Of a DNA stretch of 64,000 nucleotides, positions 54,174 through 64,000 are shown one piece after another. The DNA is from Octopus vulgaris. Its lineage: Eukaryota. The position numbers and the translations under genes were made by a program. Within the stretch, counting starts at the first letter, position 1; the number at the start of each line of letters is the position of its first letter. Location of the stretch: positions 167,524,001-167,588,000 of the forward strand of contig OX597816.1 of assembly GCA_951406725.2 (NCBI GenBank), given 5' to 3'. A model generated the notes under the pieces. It was given only the letters and a program-made list of their open reading frames with translations, made no database searches and was not told the DNA's origin.

Positions 54174-54322
54174 TTACGACCGAAACAAGAATCCCAATTC
54201 TTCAAGTTCTAACTTCATGGCAATCTTCTGTTCTTCTGGCATGCTGACAAACGGTAACCTTGTGGGACCAGAATCCATGCCAAATAAGGACAGCATGGCT
54301 TTCTCTCTGGAGACAAGTTCGT
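54174..54322 (-). CDS. NPL: Terminal coding exon of an N-acetylneuraminate lyase (DHDPS/NanA family) gene
   Basis: Acceptor ttattttgcag|AC (phase 1). (D)ELVSREKAMLSLFGMDSGPTRLPFVSMPEEQKIAMKLELEELGFLFRS then TAA TAA aligns with the human NPL C-terminus as I recall it ([24 protein letters not shown]...LKSLDFL). HOGA1 is a weaker alternative. Upstream exons were not identified in the window. Confidence 0.8.
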
Positions 54323-54834
54323 CTGCAAAATAATTAAATAAATAATACAGCGTAAATGCATGGATACAGAGCATGAGATGTGTGTGTGTGTGTGTGTGTG
54401 TGTGAATGTGAGTGTGCTAGTGTGTATGGGTGTGTATGTATATTTGTATGTGTATGTGTTTGTGCATGTGTATGTGCGTATGTGTGAGTGTATATGTATG
54501 TTTTTGTGTGTATGAATGTGTGTGCTTGTGTGTATGAGTATGTATGTGTATGGGTATGTAGGTATATTTGTATGTGTATATGTGTATGTGCATGCATGTG
54601 TATGTGTGTGTATGTGTTTGTATGTGTGTATGAATGTGTGTGTGTGTGTGTGTGTGCATGTGTAAAATTTTTCATCTCTTAATGGAAACAGGAAATTCCT
54701 TCAGAGAAAGTGGAGCAAGGAAATTCTTGAGAATCTGGAAGAGTAAAGTGATGGACCTCAGCTGTTTGGTGATAACGGTTCATTCATTTGCTCAACTGAC
54801 CAGTGTGTCCATGCCTGAAGAAGACGCTGGATAA

Positions 54835-55469
54835 GGTGGTGGTGGTGGTGGTGGTGGTGGTGGTGGTGGTGGTGGTGGTGGTGGTGGTGGTGATGGTGGT
54901 GGTGGTGGTAGTAGTTTTGGTGATGGTGTTGGTGGTGGTGGTGGTGGTAGTGTTGGTGGTGGTGTTGGTGGTGGTGTTGGTGGTGGTGTTGGTGGTGTTG
55001 GTGTTGGTGGTGGTGTTGGTGGTGGTGGTGGTGGTGGTGGTGGTGTTGGTGGTGGTGTTGGTGGTGGTGTTGGTGGTGGTGTTGGTGGTGGTGTTGGTGG
55101 TGTTGGTGTTGGTGGTGGTGGTGGTGGTGGTGGTGGTGGTGGTGGTGGTGGTGGTGGTGTTGGTGGTGGTGGTGGTGTTGGTGGTGTTGGTGGTGTTGGT
55201 GGTGGTGGTGTGGTGGTGGTGGTGGTGGTGGTGGTGGTGGTGGTGATGGTGGTGGTGGTGGTGGTGGTGGTGGTGGTGGTGTTGGTGGTGGTGTTGGTGG
55301 TGGTGTTGGTGGTGGTGTTGGTGGTGGTGTTGGTGGTGGTGTTGGTGGTGGTGTTGGTGGTGATGTTGGTGGTGGTGTTGGTGGTGGTGTTGGTGGTGGT
55401 GTTGGTGGTGGTGGTGTTGGTGGTGGTGTTGGTGGTGGTGGTGTTGGTAGTGGTGGTGGTGGTGGTGTT
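54835..55469. repeat. About 635-bp (GGT/GTT)n trinucleotide tract
   Basis: Directly visible. Gives poly-V and poly-P/T ORFs. Confidence 0.95.
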
Positions 55470-56278
55470 GCCTTTCATTCTTTCGGGATCAATTAAATAA
55501 GTACCAGTTATACACTGGGGTCGATATAATCGACTTGATCCCTTTATTTGTCCCCTCTGTGTTTAGCCCCTTGTGGGTAGTGAAGAAATAGGTATTGATG
55601 GCGATGTGTGGAGCTGTGCTGTGTTGTGGCAAGAATAATACATTGTGTTTGCTAACATGTTTTAGTAATTCATTTGCTTTATTCATTGAATTACAGCAAA
55701 AACAGCCAAGAATTCAAAGAAGAGGCCATCGTGTAGCATCGTCTGAAGCCATCTTTTTTGCCAGTTCTTCAATCCCACACGTTCTCACCATGTTCTGCCT
55801 GTGTCTCTGGCACCCGTGCCGGTGACACGCAAAAAACACCCACTACACTCACAGAGTAGTTGGTGTTAGGAAGGATATCCAACTGTAGAAATATTGCCAG
55901 ATCAGATTGGAGCCTGGTGCAGCCTCCTGGCTTCCCAGACCCCGGTCAAACTGTCCAACCCATGCTAGCATGGAAAACGGACGTTAAATGATGTTGATGA
56001 TGATGATGATGAGAAAGGGCCCATTCGATCATCATAGGGACCCGTTTTGGCCCCAGACCGAGACGTTTCGCCTGCATCATAAATTTGTAGACCCTGGTTA
56101 TTGTGGTAGTCATGGTAACAGAGTAGTAACTAGCAGTAGTCATGGTAACAAAGATTGTGCTGGTATTGGTAAAGGTGTATCATGGTACTGACAATGGTAT
56201 GGGTGTGGAAGTGGTATGGAGGAGGTAATTGTGAGGAGAAACAATGGTGGTGGTGGTGGTGGAGGCGGCACAGATATA

Positions 56279-56695
56279 AGGTGGCAAGCTGGCAGAATCG
56301 TTAGCACGCTGGACGAAATGTGTAGCCGTATTTCGTCTGCCGTTACGTTCTGAGTTCAAATTCCGCTGAGGTTGACTTTGCCTTTCATCCTTTCGGGGTT
56401 GATTAAATAAGTACCAGTTACACACAGGTGTCGATATAATCGACTTAATCCGTTTCTCTGTCCTTGTTTGTCCCCTCTATGTTTATCCTCTTGTGGGTAG
56501 TAAAGAAATAGGTATTTCGTCTGCCGCTACGTTCTGAGTTCAAATTCCGCCGGAGGTTGACTTTGCCTTTCATCCTTTTGGGGTTGATTAAATAAGTACC
56601 AGTTACGCACTGGGGTCGATGTAATTGACTTAATCTGTTTGTCTATCCTTGTTTGTCCCCTCTATGTTTAGCCCCTTATGGGTAATAAAGAAACA
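56279..56695 (+). mobile_element. Dimeric SINE family B
   Basis: Head plus body, then a second body joined at aaagaaata|ggtatttcgtctgcc (about 56510). Confidence 0.9.
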
Positions 56696-57143
56696 GATAT
56701 GATGGTGGAGATGATGGTGGCAGTGCAGATAAGGCAGTGGTGGTGATGGTAATATCATGGTGGTGATGGCAGTAGAGATGGTAGTGATATGATGATGATG
56801 GTGGTGATGGTAGTGGTATGTGTATATTTGTGGTGGTGGAGTTGGTGGTAGGAGTGATGTTGGTGGTGGGAGTGATGTTGGTGGGTGGTGGTAGTGGTGT
56901 TGGTGGCACATCAGAGAAATGAAAGCGGGGGCCCCATAAAGGAACCAAATTCAATTGATATTAAAACACTCCCTAGAACTGAAAATGTTGGGAACCACAG
57001 AGGCAAAGTTATTATTAATTAGGGTCCAGAGAACACTTCTGAGAGAACGGCAACCTGAAATTGAGACCAAATATTAATTGGAACGGAGACATACTAGGAA
57101 TTACACACATCAATAGACACATCAACTGAACTGGATATATAAT

Positions 57144-57174
<31 letters not shown>

Positions 57175-57240
57175 TGTGAATGGGAATGTGTGTGAGTCTC
57201 TATCACTTTCTCTCTCTCTCACTCACTCTCTCTCTCTCTT

Positions 57241-57339
<99 letters not shown>

Positions 57340-58285
57340 GTGTATATGTATGTATATATATATATATATATATACACACACATACCTACACATACACATA
57401 CATAAAACTCAAGGGATGTAATAAAAATTGCAATTGAAGTTACAGATGACAAAATAGTTTGCGTGCATATATTATATTAATGCATTCATACATACATACA
57501 TACATGCATACATACACACATACACACACATATACATACATACATACATACATACATACATACATGCAAACACACATACATACATACATACATACATACA
57601 TACATGCATGCAAACATACATGCAAACATACATACATACATACATACATACATGCATACATACATACATATATGCCTTTATACACAGATACACATATATG
57701 TTTATATATATATAAATTTTATATGATATATATATGTATATATATTTAAACATATGTAAATATATGAGCCTTCATACACACATTTCTGCATGTGTACAGG
57801 CTTATACACATATATAAACACACACAGACATACATACACAAACACACACACACATACACACGCACACATACACACACAAACACACACACATACATATACA
57901 CATGCAAGTAAACACTCACCCAGACACCAATATACATACACCACCACATCTACATTTTACACAGAAATCTTTGATCTTTGAAGCAGTGAGAGGGATTGGG
58001 TCTGTGATGTGGATTTGGTCATTAAGTACACCTTGGTAGAATTTACAAAGATATCCGGTGGAGCTACTGCCAGTCTGGGATGTTTGTAAACAATTTCTTA
58101 ATATGGCAGTAAAACACTTTCTTCCAATATTGGAGTTAATTCCAAAGAAACCCTTCCAATATGTAACACACACACACACAAAACCATCTATACATGTGCA
58201 TGTTTATATGCATGCATGTGTGCATACATGCTTATATATACATACATGATTACATATATACATACATTTCTGCATATTTACATAT

Positions 58286-58665
58286 AGGCACAGAAGTGGC
58301 TGTGTGTTAAGTAGCTTGCTTACCAACCAAATGGTTCTGGGTTCAGTCCCACTGAATGGCACCTTGGGCAAGTGTCTTCTACTAAAGCCTTGTGAGTGGA
58401 TTTGGTAGACAGAAACTGAAAGAAGCCCGTTGTATATATGTATATATATGTATGTGTGTGTGTGTGTGTTTGTGTGTCTGTGTTTGTCACCCCAACATCA
58501 CTTGACAACCGATGCTGGTGTGTTTACGTCCCGTAACTTAGCGGTTCAACAAAAGAGACCGATAGAATAAGTGCTAGGCTTAAAAAGAATAAGTCCTGGG
58601 ATCGATTTGCTCAACTAAAGGCCGTGCTCCAGCATGGCTGCAAATGACTGAAACAAGTAAAAGAG
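58286..58665 (+). mobile_element. Full-length SINE family C, followed by an RTE 3' end (58668-59040)
   Basis: Same structure as 41380-41775. Confidence 0.9.
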
Positions 58666-59501
58666 TATATGTTTGGCCTCACAGAGGCAAAGTGGCTGAG
58701 TTCCTTTCAAGTGTTGGGCCTCATGGAGGCAATGATTGAGACCTTTAGCATTATGTCATGCTTGAGGAAAAGACCCATTAACCCGAGCAAAATCACAGTC
58801 ATGGCAGATACTGGTGTCACACAAACTGGTACCTGTGCCAGTGGCACATAAAAGAACCCATTACACTCTCGGAGTGGTTGGCATCAGGAAGGGCATCCAG
58901 CCATAGAAAACCATGCCAAATCAGACTGGAGTCTGGTGCAACCTTCCAGCTTGCAATCCCTGGTCAAACCGTTCAACCCATGCCAGCATGGACAACAGAC
59001 ATTAAATGATGTATGATGATGATGATGATGATGATGATGATGTATGATGGTAGTCTCTTGTAGTCCAAGAAAGACGGTTCTGCAATATTTTGCTTTACGA
59101 TCTGCACAAATGATTTATTTATAGTGATCAAATGTTTGAGCTATGCATTAGCCCACTCTTTCCATCAAATCAACACTGAACAGGAGCACAGTGTACCCCT
59201 CATCAGGTGTCAAAGTTATCACAGAACAATGTGAGATGAACTTTTGCTCAAAAACACACAGTTCCACCTGATCTAGGAATTGAAACCAAGAGTGCAACGC
59301 CCTGACCACAAGGCCATATTCTTTCATATGCACATATATATATATATATATATAAGAGGGAATTTTACAACTATGTGGAAACCCTTATGCTAGAAGAAGA
59401 TCCGCCAAGGTCTTAACCACTAAGAATTGTTCTCTAGAAAATTCAGCAAACACCAAAACGTAAGCGAGCAAGACAAATGAAAAGTAACAAAAATATAGAT
59501 T

Positions 59502-59580
59502 AATCATAAACACATGTTTCACTATCAACAAATTATGTAATTTTACTTACATAATTTATCTGTAGATCTTCAGTATGATC
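59502..59580 (-). ncRNA. Type I hammerhead ribozyme fold (Penelope-like element type)
   Basis: Minus strand: GAUCAUA-CUGAAGA-UCUACAGAUAAAUUAUGUAA-GUAAAA-UUACAUAAUUUGUUGAUAGU-GAAAC-AUGU-GUU-UAUGAUU. Stem I (7 bp), the core, a long stem II and a minimal stem III are all present. There is a U-U mismatch at 10.1/11.1. Confidence 0.7.
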
Positions 59581-59781
59581 GTCTATACAAATATAATTTG
59601 CAGAACTACATGCGAGACATCAACACAAGGTCGAAAATGCATGCAGTTCTACCTATTACAGTTGTGGTTATTTTTCAAAAGTCTTTGTTTTGGCGCACTA
59701 AAATACCTGAAATAATACTGCATAAAATAATTCACTGCAGTAACCTTTAACGGTTTGAGAACGTATTAATTTTAATTTATA

Positions 59782-59950
59782 TATATAAATTAGAGAAAAA
59801 CCACCTTTTAGCAATTCAACAATGAAATAACAATGATATAATTAAATTATACCATTTAGAAAAAAATTTTTGCTATATGGTATAATTTAATTATATTATT
59901 GTTATTTCATTGTTAAATTGCTAAAAGGTGATTTTTCTCTAACTTATATA
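59782..59950. repeat. AT-rich inverted repeat, arms about 74 bp
   Basis: tatataaattagagaaaaaccacc...ataccat versus atggtat...ggtgatttttctctaacttatata. Confidence 0.9.
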
Positions 59951-60027
59951 CATATATTATATATTGTGAAATTTGAGTTAGTATTACTAAATTGAATTTC
60001 TCCCTGTAAGTTTGGAATAATATTCCC

Positions 60028-60108
<81 letters not shown>

Positions 60109-60404
60109 TATATCAATGTTATGATACTTAATCCATTAAAATTATTAGGACATTAAATTACTTAGCCTTGTTTTTGGTATTTTCAGTGTCATTAATCAAA
60201 ATGATACATTTATCATAACTATAATAATACTTTTATAGTAATTTATAATTTTTTTAATAAAAATAATTGAGTATTGTACGTTTTCTGTTTTCATAACTGT
60301 ATACCTACTTTTGCCCCACCCTGTATATATATTTCCAGATGCATAGAAACACACACGCATGTACACACGCACGTACACACACACACACTAGCACGCACAC
60401 ATAC

Positions 60405-61775
60405 AGGAAGACAACAACCACATTATTGGCAACTTGTAGGTATTTTCTCCCCATGAGGTATGATGCAGTGGCTTGAACAGTCGTCTGGAACAGGGAAATG
60501 TCTGCAGACAAACCAATGTATCAAAAGAATATTGGTAGAGCTTAAAAATTCAACCAGTCATCAAGTTAAAACACAAATGGCGCACTTATATTGTTGTGTG
60601 GGACCACAAAGAAAGGATATGTTCTGTTGTAGAAATCAGCTTACCCTCTGGACGCCAAAGTGGCTAGAAAAATACAAGAGAAAATGGGCAGCTGTGGACC
60701 ATTGGTAAGGAGTTGGCAAATCCAGTACTAAAAATAGACTTTCAGTTTCATACCTATTATTATTCGAACAACAGGATACATACCGACCTGAAGGCAGAGA
60801 GCTGGCAGAAATGTTAGCATGCAGGTAGAAATGCTTAGTGGTATTTTGTCAGCCGTTATGTTCTGAGTTCAAATTCTGCCAAGGTTGACTTTGCCTTTCA
60901 TCCTTTTGGGGTGGATTAAATAAGTACCAGTTATGCACTGGGGTTGATATAATTGACTTAATCCATTTGTCTGTCTTTGTTTGTCCCCTCTGTATGTAGC
61001 CCCTTGTGGGCAGTAAAGAAATAAGAAATGTTAACACGCCTGGCAAGATACTTAGCGGTATTTCACCTGTTGCTGTGTTCTGAGTTCAAATTTCACCGAG
61101 ATAAACTTTTCTTTTTATCCTTTCGGGGTCGATTAAATAAGTACCAGTTATGCACTGGGGTTGATATAATTGACTTAATCCATTTGTCTGTCTTTGTTTG
61201 TCCCCTCTGTATGTAGCCCCTTGTGGGCAGTAAAGAAATAAGAAATGTTAACACGCCTGGCAAGATACTTAGCGGTATTTCACCTGTTGCTGTGTTCTGA
61301 GTTCAAATTTCACCGAGATAAACTTTTCTTTTTATCCTTTCGGGGTCGATTAAATAAGTACCAGTTATGCACTGGGGTCGATATAATCGACTTAATCCAT
61401 TTGTCTGTCTTTGTTTGTCACCTCTGTGTGTAGCCCCTCGTGGTCAATAAAGAAATAAGAAATGTTAACATGCTGGGTGAAATGCTTAGCAGTAGTTCGT
61501 CTGTCTTTACGTTCTGAGTTCAAATTTCTGCTGAAGTCGACTTTGCCTTTCATCCTATCAAGGTTAATAAATTAAGTATCAGTTGCGTACTGGGGTCGAT
61601 CTAATCAACTGGACCCTCCCCAAAAATTTCAGACCTTGTGCCTAAAGTAGAAAAGGATATGTACCAACCCATCTGGAGCAAAGTATGGCTGAAATTAGGT
61701 TCTTGAGGAGAGAACGCAAATCCTTAATTCCTGCATTATTAATGATTATGATATCAAGAACTTCCTAAGATTTAA
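60405..61775 (+). mobile_element. REL-type non-LTR retrotransposon C-terminal relic interrupted by a SINE multimer
   Basis: EDNNHII...MRYDAVA...YIVVWDHKERICSVVEISLP...KIQEK...FIPIIIRTTGYIP, resuming after 61660 (LEQSMAEIRF...). Confidence 0.75.
60792..61655 (+). mobile_element. Tetrameric SINE family B array, period 217 bp
   Basis: Near-identical ORF artefacts at 61028 and 61245. Degenerate TSD ggatacataccgacc / ggatatgtaccaacc. Confidence 0.9.
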
Positions 61776-62330
61776 TACACAATGAACAAAGCAACCTTGC
61801 TACCAAGCAAGTGGTCAGTCAAAATTAGCTCTAAATTAAGAGAATGAGAACACACACACAGAACCACCCATTTATCTGCAAATGCAAACAACAGGACAAC
61901 AGACAATATATATTTTATAATACTGAAGGAAAGCCAGCGACTTAGTTTTTGTGTTGAATAATTATACACACATCAAAGGGTTTCGAAGCGTTTAATTAAC
62001 TACAAATGTTTTGGTTGATTACTCAGCTGGAGAAGTACCGAGGTGTTTAACAAAGAAATGTACTGACTGTTTAGTCATTTTATTGTTGTTGTTGTTGGTG
62101 GTGGTGGTGGCCTGTGGTTGTGATGGATTTGTTTGTTGGTACTTTGGATATTTTCATTATAAAAGAGGGTGACCCACCATGAAATATATGTAAACAAGGG
62201 TGGCAGGAGGGAAAAAGTCTTGGAGGGGTTTCAATATTTAATAACTGCTTTATTTCATGTTTTAAATCTACAATGCCATAGTCTTATAATCAGTGTGTAT
62301 CCAGTATGTATGTATATGTGTATGTATATA

Positions 62331-63450
62331 TCATCATCATCATCATCATCATCGTTTAACGTCCGTTCTCCATGCTAGCATGGGTTGGACGGTTCGACCG
62401 GGGTTCTGGGAAGCCAGAAGGCTGCACCAGGCTCCAGTCTAATCTGGCAATGTTTCTACAGCTGGATGCCCTTCCTAACGCCAACCACTCCGTGAGTGTA
62501 GTGGGTGCTTTTTACGTGCCACCTGCACAGGTGCCAGGCGAGGCTGGCAACGGCCACAGTCAGATTGGTGTATTTTATGTGCCACCGGCACGGAAGCCAG
62601 TCGAGGCGGTGCTGGCATCGGCCACGGGTCGGATAGTGCTTTTTACGTACCACCAGACCAGGGATCCTGGCTGGTTCAATTCGATTTCGATTTCGCGTGC
62701 CCCAACATGTCTTCACAAGCAAAGGGGGTTGGCATGGGTGCCTGTCGTACGGTCGCATTGGAGTATTTTACGTACCACGGCCACGAGTCGGATAGTGCTT
62801 TTTACGTACCACCAGACCAGGGATCCTGGCTGGTTCAATTCGATTTCGATTTCGCTTGCCCCAACATGTCTTCACAAGCAAAGGGGGTTGGCATGGGTGC
62901 CTGTCGTACGGTCGCATTGGAGTATTTTACGTGCCACGGCCACGAGTCGGATAGTGCTTTTTACGTACCACCAGGCCAGGGATCCTGGCTGGTTCAATTC
63001 GGTTTCGATTTCGATTTCGCTTGCCCCAACATGTCTTCGCAAGCATGGGGGGTTGGCATGGGTGTCTGTCGTCGGATGAGGTTCTATATCGACTTTGCTA
63101 GCCTCAACAGGTCTTTGTGTCCAAGGGAGGAAAGGCATTCATAAGTGGGCTGGGCTCACTTGTCCTGCCTGGTCTTCTCCCGTACAGAATATTTCCAAAG
63201 GTCTCGGTCGCTGGTCATTTCCTCAGTGAGGCCTAAAGTTCGAAGGTCGTGCTTCACCACGTCGTCCCAGGTTTTCCTGGGTCTACCTCTTCCACGGGTT
63301 CCCTCAACTGCTAGGGATTGGCACTTTTTCACACACCTATCTTCATCCATTCTCGCCACATGACCATACCAGCGCAATCGTCTCTCTTGCACACCACAAC
63401 TGATGCTTCTTAGGTACAACATTTCTCTCAAAGTGCTAACGCTCTGTCGA
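62331..63450 (-). mobile_element. Young 5'-truncated RTE LINE copy with intact ORF tail and 3x159-bp UTR repeat
   Basis: RRLRWYGHVARMDEDRCVKKCQSLAVEGTRGRGRPRKTWDDVVKHDLRTLGL...DRDLWK. CpG-rich. Repeat units start at 62631, 62790 and 62949. Confidence 0.95.
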
Positions 63451-63486
63451 GTATGTACATATATACACACATACATATATGTATGC

Positions 63487-63852
63487 ATCATCATCATCAT
63501 CATTGTTTAACATCTGTTTTTCATGCTGGCATGGGTTGGATGGTTTGACTGAGGTCTGGAGAGCCAGTGGCTGCACCAGGCTCCAATCTGATCTGGCAAT
63601 GTTTCTACAGCTGGATGCCCTTCCTAATGCCAACCAATGCAAGAGTGCTTTTTATGTGCCACCGGCACAAGTGCCAGTCAGGTGGGCCTGGCATCGATCA
63701 CGTTTAGATAGTGCTTTTTACATGCCACCAGCATGGGGGACAGTCAGGTTTTACTGGCATTGACCACTTTTGGATGGTGTCTTTTACATGCTATTGGCAT
63801 GTGCACCAGTCAGGGGGTACTGGTGTTTTTTACATGCCACCGGTACAGGATC

Positions 63853-63855
<3 letters not shown>
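63487..63855 (-). mobile_element. RTE 3' UTR fragment
   Basis: Family motifs and (CAT)n on +. Confidence 0.85.
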
Positions 63856-63890
<35 letters not shown>

Positions 63891-64000
63891 TTGTGTCTGG
63901 GAAGAGCCATTCTCTTTTAGTGCCTTATTACTTAACACACTCACTGATTCAATTTCCACTCACTTTAGATAAAAAATTTTTTTTAATATTAATATAAAAT

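Noticed and set aside
55640-55686. MNKANELLKHVSKHN as the penultimate NPL exon
   Set aside because: No good acceptor, and available donors give phase 0 rather than the required phase 1.

Overview
This is eukaryotic, very repeat- and microsatellite-rich DNA. The SINE/RTE repertoire and the (CA)n/(CAT)n/(TA)n load point to a cephalopod, probably Octopus (inferred from remembered repeat families). Almost all long ORFs in the track are microsatellite or tandem-repeat artefacts. The only host coding sequence I can support is the terminal exon of a minus-strand N-acetylneuraminate lyase (NPL/DHDPS family) gene at 54174-54322, so 54323-64000 is presumably its intron sequence. A few weak minus-strand exon candidates lie at 2-31 kb. 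The rest is RTE LINE 3' ends, several tRNA-derived SINE families, R4/Dong-like, other REL-type, CRE-like and CR1/L2-like LINE relics, mariner and maT transposase relics, and TTAA MITEs. The most notable structures are: a near-canonical type I hammerhead ribozyme fold at 59502-59580 (minus); a minisatellite built from the SINE Pol III A-box head; SINE multimers with recurrent junctions inside a single TSD; a 66-bp twin-hairpin array in the RTE 3' UTR; three long near-perfect hairpins; and a duplicated non-coding element in which only one copy keeps its CpGs and a palindromic CRE site.
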